Shown here: one piece after another, positions 1 through 12,234 of the stretch | How the letters are laid out: each line of letters begins with the position of its first letter | Position numbering within the stretch: position 1 is the stretch's first letter | DNA from: Carcharhinus amblyrhynchos | Taxonomy: Eukaryota | Reading direction: 5' to 3' | Length of the DNA stretch: 64,000 nt | Assembly: GCA_965287045.1 (NCBI GenBank) | Contig: OZ336900.1 | Location: 13,764,001-13,828,000, forward strand | Made by a program: the position numbers and the translations under genes | Notes under the pieces: model-generated | Told to the model about the DNA's origin: nothing | Databases searched by the model: none | The model's input: only the letters and a program-made list of their open reading frames with translations

Positions 1-300
1 AAGTGAATTAATTTGAAGCAGTTAGAACATAATTATCTTACCAATAGAAAAGGAGTTATTACAACATAATTTTAGCAGTGGGGGATAACTCATTATACCT
101 CAGAGACTGAGGTGAATATAAGCAAAGTAGCAGAAGCTTACTGATGCCCAATGTTTTGCTTTACTTTTTTTAAGACTTGAGGTTCCACGTAAGTATTTAT
201 CTGTCCACTGTTACTAATGCCTGTCTCATCAGACTTCCTCTAAGTCCACTCAAGAATTGGCAATGAGATTCTGTTGATAGCTGTTTGCTCTTAAGCTCTG

Positions 301-850
301 AATCACGGAATTGTTATAGCTCAGGAGGCCATTCAGCCCATTATATCAGCACCAGCTCTCCAAACGAGCAATTCACTTAGTGCCATGCTCCCGTCTTCTT
401 CCTGTAGCACTGCACATTCTTGCTTTTCGGATAACAGTCTACCTCCCTTTTGAATGCTTCAGATGAAAACACTCTCAGGCAATGCATTCCAGGCCTTAAA
501 CTCTTACTGTGTGAAAAGGTTTTTCCTCATGTCACTTTTGCTTTGTTTACCAATTTAATTTGCGCCCTCTCATTGTCAATCTTTTCATGAGTGAGAACTG
601 TTTCTTCTTGCCTACTCTGTCCAGACCCCTCACCATTTTGAATATAGTGGCCGGAATTCTCTGGCTGTTCACACCCTGCCACCGCCGCCAGCGAGAATGG
701 AGAATTTACCACACAATCAAATCTCCATTCAGTGCAGCAGGACCAGAGAAGGCCAGCTGCAGGTGAGGTCAGAGAATCCAGCACAGTATCTCTATCAAAT
801 CTTGAACTTTTAGCATCACATTCTAGTTTCCCAGCTCGCTGCAATGTTTA
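301..850 (-). mobile_element. Degraded CR1/HER1 LINE 3' end, interrupted by a MITE at 649-782
   Basis: ggaggccattcagccc...gcattccag...gtgaaaaggtttttcctcat is the reverse complement of the CR1 3' terminus seen in other copies in this window. Confidence 0.7.
649..782. mobile_element. ~135-bp MITE (PIF/Harbinger-like TIRs)
   Basis: Inverted termini ggccggaattctc...gagaatccagc; related copy at 27385-27520. Confidence 0.65.
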
Positions 851-1863
851 CCGGGCACAGCAAAGTGAATGTTTCATATTGATATGCTTTCTCTCACCCA
901 CCCTTGCTCAAAGTCTATTACGTTTCTAACTTTTCCAGGTTGAAATGTTAACTCTGTTTTTCTTTCCACTGATGCTTGACGTACTGAATATTTCCTGCAT
1001 TTATTAGTGTTTAACTTGCTGTTAGTTCTGATATGTTTGGAATAATGCTGTTAGATATTACCTTTTTAGGTTAATCATATGATTGTCATCAGAAATTAAC
1101 AGCTACATTTAAGACTGAATTTGTGACTGATGATATGCTACATTGCCAATCAATGATTGCATAGATGCAAAACTTATCTAAGTTTCACAAAGATAATAAA
1201 CTCCTGATTTACGAACATTACTTTTTCTCAACAAACAATTTATCTGCAGTGCTCAGTGGTGTCATATCTTCCAAAGAAATGTACTTTATTACAAACTTGA
1301 TATTCAATTGAAGAAGTGTTTAATATAGCATTTGAAAAGGTCACAAAATAAATTTCACCAATACAATAAATAGCAACTATAAATTATATTCTATGGCTGA
1401 GTCATGGGATGTTATAGACCCAACAGAAGGTAACGTATAAAATTATGATTGTCTCAAAAGTGTGTTTTTTAAGCTATTATTTCTTTCAACTTCTAGATGC
1501 AACATAATAAAACGTGGCACATTCTTGTTCTGATGATGCTATGCAGCACAACACACCATTTACTACCACAGTAAACAGATTAAGAAAATAAATATATCTG
1601 TGCCATATAATTCAGTTAATCTATTGCTCAAAACATTTGCAATAAAGCATGCAAGACTAGACAAATAGAAGCCAACGGTTTAATGTAAAATTGCATGAAT
1701 AATTTAGGAATAGGTGAAAACTGAACAGCAATTCAAACTGTACTGCTTGCTCATCAAATGAAAAGCTTTGGAAATGAGTTTCAAAATGAGTATGAAATAT
1801 GTCAGTGCCGTAGTATTCTGCCGTGGTTCAGAAACCATCAATGCTGCTGAAATTAAATCTAGT

Positions 1864-1956
1864 AGAAGAACAAAGAACAAAGAAGAAGAACAAAGAACAA
1901 AAACAGCCCGGGAAACAGGCCCTTCGGCCCAACGAGCCTACACCACCATTTTAACT
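1864..1956 (-). mobile_element. SINE/LINE 3' tail fragment with (TTCTTTG)n-like end
   Basis: agaacaaagaacaaa...ggaaacaggcccttcggcccaacgagcc; near-identical to 47891-47960. Confidence 0.65.
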
Positions 1957-2951
1957 TCAATGGAGTGCATTTCCAATACCATTTTTAATCCTATACATGC
2001 AACTTGGTCATACAAGTATATGCACAATACACTGAATTAAGTATGCCCTTCAACATTAATGTATACTGTATAATTACTATGTTTATACAATTCAGCACAA
2101 TGATAATACCATGAACTGAACTTGCTACCATCTTTGGTAAATGCCATTTTTGGCATAACTGTGTTTTACATTTTCCTAATCTTAAACAGAGATATTTTCT
2201 TTTTCTCTGTATTATTGCATAAGCTGCATTGTAATCTACGTGTTAGATTGTTTTAAATTGCTGCTTTCAAGTCATAACAATGTAATGTGACATTATGATG
2301 TATGACACCATCTAGATACCTTGAACTGCAAGAGAAGCATGCTGCCAAAACCTTGGGGAATTAAACAATCACAGGAACAAAACTGTACTAAGTGGATCAT
2401 TCTTAATTACTTGCAATCAATTTCTCCTGACAGTTTATTGAAGTATTTAATTAGGAATAGAGGATGCAATATCTTTGCCATACCTTTTTGTAAGTTCACA
2501 AGTGTTTTAGTTCTGATCAATATTATGATTTTAGTTTCTTAGGCCTATCACTGTGTAGTTTAGAAGTAAAGTAAAAGTATAAACAGAAATGATCAAACAT
2601 ATGGTAATTATTGATCATGCATTATAACACACACATCAATTAACTTTTGGTTTATCATTAATCATACTGTTCACAATTAGTGGAAACCCCAGTGTTCAAA
2701 GAGCATATTTATTAAAATAGTGAGTAGATTAATATTTTTAACAATACCCAATCAACTCAGGATCATCAATTTATTTCAACAAAAAAAAGTTACACTTTCT
2801 GGGAATTGCTAATAAACGGACACTGCTACATTCACCAAAATAAATAATGCTATTGGGGAATTGCTTCTCACATTTGAGGACTTGAGATGAAAAGTAAATG
2901 ATTCCAGTGAAAAGTTGGCAATACCCGAGGGACAAAACAGGAGAGCGATTT

Positions 2952-3143
2952 GAAAACAAACACAGAACACTGAATTGCTGAAATAAAAATGGAAAATTCT
3001 GGAAATATTCATCAGGTCTGGCAGCAGCTGTGAAGAGAGGACCAGTTAATGTTTCAAGTTGATGACCTTTCATCAGAATCCTGCATTTTCAATATTTTCT
3101 GTTCTTATTTCAGATTTCCAGCACCGAGAGTACCTTGCTTTTG
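2952..3143. mobile_element. Penelope-like short element with inverted ends
   Basis: ctgaaataaaaatggaaaattctggaaatattc pairs imperfectly with attttcaatattttctgttcttatttcag; same family as 51985-52500 and 53238-53365. Confidence 0.55.
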
Positions 3144-4361
3144 TATCAGTGATCACATTTGTACAAGTAATTGGAATATAGTAGAGTGTTATGTTTAGCA
3201 CACTTGTATAAAGTTCTCATGCCTTCCAATTTAACTATTCATTACTCTATTTATTTTAACAAAGCTGGAAATATTCTTGGGGTTTTATGATATTGACAGG
3301 ACAATGCTGGGGATGGAAGGATTTACCTCAGTTTACGCTAGATTGAGAAAGAATGAGTGTTTTCAATCCTGCTCATTTTCAAATGACCCCCACCAGAACG
3401 TGGATGTCAGTTGAGAACAGGTACAGGCTTGACTTTATTATAATGATTAAATAGTTTGCTAATAGGTTCAAATATGAAGGATGGTCGCATCAACAAGGTA
3501 TTAGAAGGGTGTCAGTAACCATTGAACTGTATCCTTACATGAAAGAAATATGCTGGCATATCATTTCTATTACATCTGAACAATATAGGAGGAAATTTCT
3601 CTTTAAGGTATATGTAAATAATTGGTCAAACAATACTTTATAAACAGGTATACCATTTCAGTACACATAGCATTCAGAGGAATTCTTCCTCCATTGGCCT
3701 CTAATTAATAGAGGAACTTAATCAGGTGGGAAGGTGGGGTGTTGCTTTCCTATTTTCACTCCTACTAAGGTGGGAAACTTTTGGGCAATTTTCCAACATC
3801 ACTGTCAATTGAGACCACTAAATGGGCAAATAATGCAATTAATTGGAGGTTACAAACAGCCTAAAAAGCAAACCCTGTCCAGGTGGCTTGGGAGCAGCCA
3901 TGGAGGGTCCTTGTCCAAAGGCACTCAGTGTCTGATTGAGGGACCAGCACCGGGAATACACGACACATGGAAAACCATCCCTTGTTGCTGACATCCTTAT
4001 CTCTCCTATGACCCCACTCTACAATGCCTATCCTGCCCTCATTCACTCTTGGCCTGGGGATCCTTGCTTAGCCTGGGATCTTGGTGAGTGCATTGCCAGT
4101 GCTGCCACCACTCCCACTGGCACTGCCTGCAACGCGCAGCTGCTAGCCTTTGATTGGCAGGCACGTTTTGGGCTTGCTGTTGCCATCCTTGATTCTAGGG
4201 AAAGCCTGCCACATGGCACTTAATTTGACAGGCTGTCACCTGGCATTTAATGTTCTTGTGAAAGCAAATACCAAACAGGCATGACTATGAAGAGCATCGC
4301 TGCTCCCATGCTGTAAGTTATCATAAACATTTGAGCAGAGACTTAAAAAACATTAACTGAG

Positions 4362-5157
4362 ATAGATGCAAAGTGATGCACTTTGGTCAATTGAACCAGG
4401 GCAGGACTTACTCAGTTAATGGTAGGGCACTGGGGAGAGTTAGAGAGCAAAGAGATTTTTGGATATAAGTTCATAGTTCCTTGGAAGTGGAGTCACAGGT
4501 GGACAGAGTGGTGAAGAAGGCATTCGGCCTGCATGGTTTCGTTGGTCAGAAAACTGAATACAGGAGTTGGGACACCTTGTTTAAGTTGTACAAGACATTG
4601 GTAAGGCCATATTTGGAATACTGTGTACAATTCTGATCACCGTATTATGGAAAGGATATTATTAAACTAGAAAGAGTGCAGAAGAGATTTACTAGGATGC
4701 TACCGGGACTTGATGGTTTGAGTTATAAGGAGAGGTTGGATAGACTGGAACTTTTTGCTCTGGAGCGTAGAAGGCTGAGGGGTGATCTTATAGAGCTCTA
4801 TAAAATAATGAGGGGCATAGATCATCAAGGTAGTACCTTTTCCCAAAGGTAGTGGAGTCTAAAATTTGAGGACATAGGTTTAAGGTGAGAGGAGACAGAT
4901 ACAAAAGTGTCCAGAGGGGCAATTTTTTCACACAGAGGGCGGTGAGTGTCTGGAACAAGGTGCCAAAGGTAGTAGTAGAGGTGGGTACAATTTTGTCTTT
5001 TAAAAAGTGTTTCGACAGTTACATGGGTAAGACGAGCACGGAGGGATATGGGCCAAACGTGGGCAATTGGGATTATTTTAGGGATTAAAAAATGGGGTGA
5101 CATGGAAAAGTTGGGCCGAATGACCTGTTTCCAACTTGTAAACCTCTATGATTCTAT
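4362..5157 (+). mobile_element. 5'-truncated CR1 (HER1-like) LINE, C-terminal RT region and 3' UTR
   Basis: Translates to LYKTLVRPYLEYCVQF, LERVQKRFTRMLPGL and NFFTQRAVSVWN; tail ctatgattctat; contains stops. Confidence 0.92.
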
Positions 5158-6079
5158 CCCATGTCAAGAGACTCATGAGGTTTTCCCACTTTCTGAACTT
5201 GTTTTCCCTGCTTGATAGATTGAGGAATAGATTGAGGGCTGCCATTCTGCAACAAATGTGATTGACCAGGGACATCTCCTGCTCTTACACCTGCCATTGG
5301 CATGTTGGAAGATTTGCAGGTTGATAATGAACCTGTGAACATATCTTCCATGGCCATTAACTCTTATAGTGGGAATTCAGCCAGAACCTCTTTCTCGGGG
5401 ACAGGGACACCAGCCACTGCACCACAAGATCTTCCCATTAATGTGTTAGCATGAACAGAACCTTTTACTACCATCTGGACTGAAAGTCTAAATGCATGTA
5501 CCTGAAGTTGTACAACTGATTGGGTTTTGATTAATAACTGATGAGAAATGAAGAAAATGTTTTCCCATGATCTTCAAATCAAAGAACCTTTAAAAAAAAT
5601 TGTCACTGTTAAATCTGCGCGACAACTTTATTTCAGAAAACTGCTACGTTCTGATGAGATTTAATCAAGCAAGCCGGAGAAATGATCTCAAAATGGAACC
5701 AGTTATCTTCTAGATTACGACAGTAATAATTGATTGGAGATTCCTGATCAATTGATTACAAATTTTCAGGACTGCTATAACACTCAGTTAAGTCAAATTT
5801 TGGTTTGACGTTGATATCTTTGATTGAAGTTGACATTATTTCCACAAATAATGAAAAGATAATGACAATAATGTTTATTGTTGATTTGTCATGCTTTCAA
5901 ATGCAGGGAAGGGAGTGCAACAGAACACAATCATCTTGGCTAGTGACACAACACATTTTCACTTTTGTTACTCTGTAAATTATAAATTGCTAGAGCTCTA
6001 TGGAGCAATGTATCAAAGACAATATAAACATTATTTACGTATTTGTTCTTCTTCTATCAGCAATGTTAGCAAATCCGTA

Positions 6080-6810
6080 GGCAGAATTTTCCACTCTCAG
6101 TTTTCCATCGTCAGGAAAGCAGTTTGGAATTATTTTTTCCAAACTTCGATGGTAGGTTACAGGCTTTCCTACTGATCTATGTCAAGACCATATTTGCATT
6201 CATTTCCATTCACATATCCTTTGAAACACCAATGATGCAGGTTGCAGGCAACCCTGCCTTGATAATATCTCTTATCCAGGTGAGGGGATGGTGTGCCTAT
6301 TGCTGGTTGGCACAGGACCATGAAGAGTAAGGTTCTAAGCTGCAAGAGACCAATAGATTAGTGCACATTGACCACTGCAACAGTGAGCATTGGCCTGACC
6401 TTGCGTGTGTCGCAAGACGGTACACTTATCTGGATATGAGCAAAAGGCAACGGCAGAGACACGCTTGTATGTCCTGGGATGTTGCTGCTCACATCTGTGA
6501 TCTTCTCTAGTATGAGCTGCAGTTGCAAGAACATAAGAGGAGTAATGCAGAGCTCCTTGCCTACAATGAATAAATATGCGTGCGGGTGCTCTTTAAAAAT
6601 GGCGCCAGCACCTTCAAATCCGTAATGTAATGGTGGGACAGATGACTTCCTACTTGCTCTGCCAAAAGATTGCTGAGCTCTTCATGCATGGATCATCAAT
6701 GAGCTGAAACATGGAAGATCATTCATGTTCATCCATCCAGTCCAACAGGAATCATGGTGATTTTCCTGCCCACTACCACGCTTAATCTCAAGAATGGAAA
6801 ATTCCACCCC
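6080..6810. mobile_element. Non-autonomous PIF/Harbinger-like element (~730 bp)
   Basis: TIRs ggcagaattttcca / tggaaaattccaccc; non-coding interior. Confidence 0.5.
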
Positions 6811-7224
6811 CTATTTATTGTTCCTCTTTAGTAGTTCTTTGAAGATCCAACTTCTTCTTGAATTGCTCAGAAATGGTGCAGCAGTGATGGTGATAAGCAA
6901 GGAATTTTGTATAATTTAATCATTGTTGCAGGCAATTGTTTTTAAGCGGCCTTCTAAGCCAGAGGTGATTAAGAATAAATAGAGGTGCAGGTTCTCTTTC
7001 TGAAAGACATTACTAAATTGTCCGAATGGTTAGGACAGCTTAAAAACTTTCATTGCTATATTCTGTGAGACTGCAAGAATGCACACATGCGTATCATGCA
7101 CACAAAGTACATATGTAATTATGTATAAATATATACATACCAATATATGAGAGCAAGAGAAAAAGAGACATAGATGAACACACACACACACACCCCAACC
7201 CCACATCCTTGATTGCTGAGAAGA

Positions 7225-7487
7225 ATAAAGGCAGCAGGTGCATGGGAACACCACTAACTAAATGATTCCCTTCAAGTTAAACAGCATCCTAACAGAAATA
7301 TATCACATGCCTTTCTCATCATTGGATCAAAATCCTGTAACTTCCTCCTTAACAGAGTGCAACTACAGTACGTAGACAATAGGAGCTAAAGAAGGTGGCT
7401 CATCACCATCTTCTCAAGGACAATTGGGATGAACAATAAATATTGGCCTTGCCAGTGATGCCCACATCCCATTAATGACAAAAAAAC
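7225..7487 (+). mobile_element. 3' tail of second CR1/L2-group LINE family
   Basis: catgggaacaccac...ggctcatcaccatcttctcaagg...gcccacatccca plus A-rich tail; related copies near 17045-17165, 58335-58975 and 63520-63815. Confidence 0.7.
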
Positions 7488-7517
7488 ACACGTATACAAT
7501 CATAAACATAAAGATAT

Positions 7518-8329
7518 TGTTGTGCCTAGCACAGCCTGTTTTAACCCTTATACAATGGACAAAATATTGTGAATAGATTTCTTCTTAGGATAACCAATAC
7601 TTACTTAAAGCACACAATCAATAATCACCCACCCAACCAACAATAAGTTATCTTACAGAAAATACTAAAGCTCAAGTCCAATACCAGACCTTGACTTAAC
7701 TTTGCATGACTGGCAAGCACCCAGGCAGATATTGGCCTTTATCTATGAGCTGGTCTCAGTCATCCTCTGCGTAGTCTAGTCCTTTGGTCTGGTCTGGCAC
7801 TCTGGTTCTGGTCTGCCTTCCTTCTTGGGTGTGGTGGTTCTCCTCATACTGGTCGTTGCTGGCGATGGTCACCGTTGTTGTAAGGGCCGTTCGTGGGGTC
7901 AGGGACAGAGAGATTCTTCGTTGTGCCACACCCTTTATACCCCATTGGGTCCCCCTCCACCTCCCTTTTTGGCCATTGCCAATCAATTGATCAGGACTTG
8001 ATCACCCTGATCAATAAAGTCCATTTGGGTGCTGCCACACCAATCTCTGTGTATGGCCCCAACGGCCATATCTATAGGTTCTGGGGGCATGTAGGACACA
8101 CAGCTCCTTCCTAAATAAGGATTTACCGCTCCGCTATGTCTGGTAAACAACCCAGTTTGATCAGAAAGGCCCCTTTGTCCTGGAAATGGCCCATATTCTG
8201 TGTATTCAGCCATCTGAGCTGCAGCCTGCTTATCTGCGTTTTTTAGGCTGTCGCCTGCTGTTGTTTTCCTTGCCCAATTGTCCCAGAGTGCTTTACAAAT
8301 CATCATTTTAGGTGGCCCGTTTGGCCACA
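7518..8329 (-). mobile_element. Solo LTR (812 bp)
   Basis: TG...CA termini (tgttgtg / ggccaca) flanked by 4-bp TSD ATAT (7514-7517, 8330-8333); minus-strand TATAAA near 7934-7939; higher GC than flanks. Confidence 0.7.
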
Positions 8330-9170
8330 ATATATATGCAAACACTTCTAGTATGCACCTCCATAAGTATCACATTATTTCAGCCATTCTTTGTTGATGA
8401 TACCATGTGACTCACTGTTGGAGATCTGACTAACATATAGATTCCGAATTGAAAAAGTGAAACAAAATGCAATTAAAGGTAGAAATTTTAATTCAGGAAA
8501 TAAATAGATATAAACCAGACTATAAAAACACCACACCAAACAAAAGCTGCCAGAAGACCCAGAGTATGCACAAAAATCAGCACACAGGAAAAAAGCTGCC
8601 ATAAAAATCAATTATTACAAATTGAAACCAGAAACAGAGCAAGCCCACTATAAATGGAACACTGTGAAAATAATAGGGAACAAAGGGTCAAAGAAAATAA
8701 AAGATCATATTCTCCAAGACAAAGACTATCCATCAACAGGTGAATTTCCACCTGCCAATCAAACATTAAGTCACAAATCAAATTATTGAACAGGAAGCAA
8801 GAATTTTATATTCTTTTTACCCAGCCATTGTAATCTTTCCACTGTAAGCAATGAAGGTCTAAGACAGCAAACTGGAATACTGTTAGGTAATCATATTTCA
8901 ACAGCAGAAGCATTGATATATTACATATTCTACAAATATTGACTGCTTTAGCACTCACGTACTGATGGTTACATAATAAACAAAGCAGGCCCTATGAAAA
9001 TCAGTGGCCCTCAATGGCAGACACATGTCTTATGCTTGGAACGGCACTGATACAGGCTTCAGAGTGGGAAGATCATAGTGTCAAACGACTAGTCAACGGC
9101 CTTTCTTAATCACTCACAGCTGAATACATATTTAGCTGTATGAGGGATCCTCCTTGGCATTATTTAAAGG

Positions 9171-9308
9171 CAGTAAGAAGTCTCACAACACCAGGTTAAA
9201 GTCCAACAAGTTTATTTGATAGTAAATCCACAAGCTTTCAGAACACAGTTCCTTTGTCAGGTCACTTCTCACTGTGTTCACCCCAGCCCAATGCCGGATT
9301 CTCCACAT
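9171..9308. mobile_element. Penelope-like short fragment
   Basis: aagtctcacaacaccaggttaaagtccaacaagtttattt; flanked by direct repeat cattatttaaagg (9158-9170, 9309-9321). Confidence 0.7.
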
Positions 9309-9559
9309 CATTATTTAAAGGGACAGCCATCAAAATTACAAATGCTCTTATAAACTTTATAGGAGTATTGTGATGTGTTCTTGGAAGAGTTTTGATGACT
9401 TGCTGGTTTTGGGAAGCAATGTTGCTGCATTTTGACATGGAGGATGAGAGGTTTTATGGCCAATCACAGAAAGGCTGTGGATTCAGCCACTCATTGTCTG
9501 CTAGATAGAGGTGAGGTTGAAGAAAGGAAAAATTATGCATAAAGGGGGAAGGAGGAAGG

Positions 9560-10200
9560 TTCACCACAGGAAGTTTTCGGGGAACACTTCTCCTATCTTA
9601 GCAACTTAGCTAGGAACTATCCCAATTCATCAAGGAGGTGGTTGCAGTGACCTGTGTTGTTTCCTTCAACAGGATCTACAGCTTCACAGCAGACAAATAA
9701 TAATACTGCTGGTGATAGTCAAGATTATCATTACTCTCAACTTCTGCTCAACCAAATCCTTTCAGGTGGGAGTAAGTGACATTGAAAACATTTCCCAGTT
9801 CATGATCCATTACTGCATCTAAGCAGTGGCCGAAGTCCTGACATGCCGGAGAGGAGACTTCACCATCTTCTCTCCAAACAGACTACAGTATCAGGAGTCT
9901 GCATCTGGTTCTTCTAGGGTAGTGAAATTCCCAATGGTGCAGGGAGTCATTGACTCATTACTAATGAAACTTCATTGGTCCTAAGAACAAGTACAAGAAT
10001 TGCAAAGGGTTCCACTCCATAGGATGCAGTTGTTATGCGAACAGGCCCAAACCATCTTATTGGTGAATGTCTACTTTTTGGAAATAACCACCTAATTACA
10101 GTCTTTTATTGCTGCCATATGCAGGCTGCCACAAAGAACGAGAGAGTGGTTGCTTGGAGACAAGGGATAACCTCTGTCCACATGGCTTCTGACCAGTCTT
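9560..10200 (+). pseudogene. Decayed PIF/Harbinger (HARBI1-like) DDE transposase
   Basis: Broken frames give VKIIITLNFCSTKSFQ, FPMVQGVID, KGFHSI and WLLGDKG*PLSTWLLT, in the order of Harbinger nuclease motifs (GxIDxxH, NRKGFHS, WLLGDxGYP). Confidence 0.8.
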
Positions 10201-10479
10201 CTCTGTGAGCTGTGTTGTCAAGCGAGTACACAAAAACTTGAAAGTTTCCATGCAGGTTGTGCACAGGCTTCTTTAAGTTACCACATAGGCACTCTCTGGT
10301 TCCAACTGTCTAGAGATTAAGTGACGTAGGTGTGCCTGGTCCCTCCTGGTTCTGGTCTACAGCCTTCAATGATCTTGCAGGGCAGGGGGAATATGGGAAT
10401 GTCAATCAGCATGCTATGTTGTTTTTAAATGTGCCTGCCATAGCAGAATAAATGGAAGTAGGTGGAAGCTGTGGTAGGC

Positions 10480-10700
10480 TGATGTGAGGTTGGCAAGGTG
10501 TGGAAAGGTGACATAGGACATATGATTGTTAGGTTGCTAGCTTCCAGTCTCTTTTAAAGGATATCCCTTGAAGGTCTATTTAGCATCCCACCAATGGAAT
10601 CATGGCCTTTTTCTTCCTGTTGAACTGCAACACCACATCAGAGAACCTGGGAACCTTCTCTCTTGCTTGTTGCTCAGTTTGAGTCCTTGTCCTGACAAAA
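10480..10700 (-). pseudogene. Probable remnant of the Harbinger Myb/SANT-like partner ORF
   Basis: Minus strand reads REKVPRFSD, resembling the RxPRFS start of Harbinger Myb/SANT proteins; convergent with the transposase. Confidence 0.4.
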
Positions 10701-10924
10701 ACTTACACCAAAGTGTCAGTCAGCAGTCAGCAGTAGCTATTATGTAATGAGTACAGCAATCGTTTCAGAGGTGCAAGCTGACGATAAGACATACAGATTA
10801 GATGATTGCTGTGCATGCTGTTGGAGTCCCTGTTGTATGTTCAGCTAGCCTGTGCCCAGCTGATTGCAGTAATTATTTGAATAGAGAGGCATTGCAAAGT
10901 ATGTGTGTTGCCTGCTCCAATAAG

Positions 10925-11046
10925 TAAATGATGTGGACATGCCAGCATTGGACTAGGGTGGGCACAGTGGGCACTGCTTCAAAAGCTTGTGATACCAAAT
11001 AAACCTGTTGGACTTTAACCTGGTGTTGTGAGACTTCTTACCGTGC
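10925..11046. mobile_element. Penelope-like short fragment, inverted relative to 9171-9308
   Basis: aaataaacctgttggactttaacctggtgttgtgagacttctt; flanked by direct repeat ccaataag (10917-10924, 11047-11054). Confidence 0.7.
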
Positions 11047-11859
11047 CCAATAAGAAAAGGCATTAACCCCCCATGCCCAAAAATGAGGGCTTTCCAAATT
11101 TAGTCATAAGAGTCTGCAGGAGATCACTTTTGTAAAAGAAAAGGTAATGTTAAACCTTCTACCCAAAAAAAAGTAAACATTTGTTTAACTGAAGCCCTGA
11201 ACTTAAAATGATTCTGAAAGATAAAGCTGAGAACAAAAACTGGTGGAAAATAATGCAGATTCTGCACATCTTGAAGCTGACAGAAATCAATGGTACAGTG
11301 TGTTCCAGAATTTAAGTACTAAGTATTTCGATTGTTCTTGAAGCATGGTGAAACGTAATTTACCCATTTACCCATTTTGTGCTGTCTATAGTCTACATTT
11401 TGTGACATCAGCAATACTTGAACAGTTAATTTCCTCGACACATTACAGCTAACACACGTTGATTATACACAAAGGTACAGTCATTTTGTGAAAAAGCATT
11501 GAGAGAATAGATGCTATGTTTTATCCATATGCCTAAAATTATTGCTGGTTGTAAACAGATGTTAATGTACAGAACCATAGTTAAAGGTTTTTTTTATTTG
11601 TTAATAAATAATTCATGGAAAACATGTACATTTTTCAGAAATTATTTTGCACATGGAGCAATTTCCTACAATTAACGTTATCATCAAAACACTCAAAGTC
11701 ATAAGGGCTGAAACTAAGGAAGGCAGGAGATATCTTACAGAAACCGTTTTCCAATGGTCACAATGGTATCTTAACATCAAATTTATCTTTGCTGAACATA
11801 GCAAAGGAATTCAAAAATGTTATATGACTATAAGTGATTCCTTTCCTGTAGACATGTGT

Positions 11860-12030
11860 TTTCACACGCTCAAGGTCATGTCCATTGTGCCTCTTGATGG
11901 GCGGAAGCCATACTGAGACTCAGGGAGGAGCTTTTCAGCCACCGGGAGAAGAAGGTTGAGGAGGATTCTTGCAATGACCGTATCCTGTGGAGGGAGGAGG
12001 GAAATCTCTCTGTAATTTCCGCTGTTTTCC
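11860..12030 (-). mobile_element. RTE-clade LINE RT fragment
   Basis: GNYREISLL...ARILLNLLLPVAEKLLPESQYGFRPSRGTMDM matches the RTE/BovB-type NYRGISLL...LPESQCGFR...RGTxDM motif. Confidence 0.85.
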
Positions 12031-12039
12031 ATACCACAG

Positions 12040-12222
12040 TACGATAGAATCTCCACAGTGCAGAAGGAATCTACAATGAACCTGGCCCATGCACTCACAC
12101 TCCCTCCCCCACCTACTGCGCTGACCCCATAAACCCATGCGTTTACCATGGCTAACCCATTCTTCTTTGTACACCAAGGGGCCATTAGCATGGCTAATCC
12201 ACCCAAGCTGCACATCTCTGGA
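12040..12222 (-). mobile_element. Partial HE1/V-SINE
   Basis: ttagcatggctaatccacccaagctgcacatctctgga shared with other HE1 copies. Confidence 0.65.
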
Positions 12223-12234
12223 TTAGTAATAATA

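Noticed and set aside
8375-8611. Hydrophobic minus-strand ORF with a CA|GTGAGT donor-like site
   Set aside because: The hydrophobicity reflects T-rich composition; no recognisable homology.
9171-11046. Composite transposon using the two Penelope-like inserts as TIRs
   Set aside because: Each insert has its own flanking direct repeat and no shared outer TSD is seen, indicating independent insertions.
11731-11845. Minus-strand exon between ctacAG and GTAAGA
   Set aside because: Stops in all three frames before the donor.
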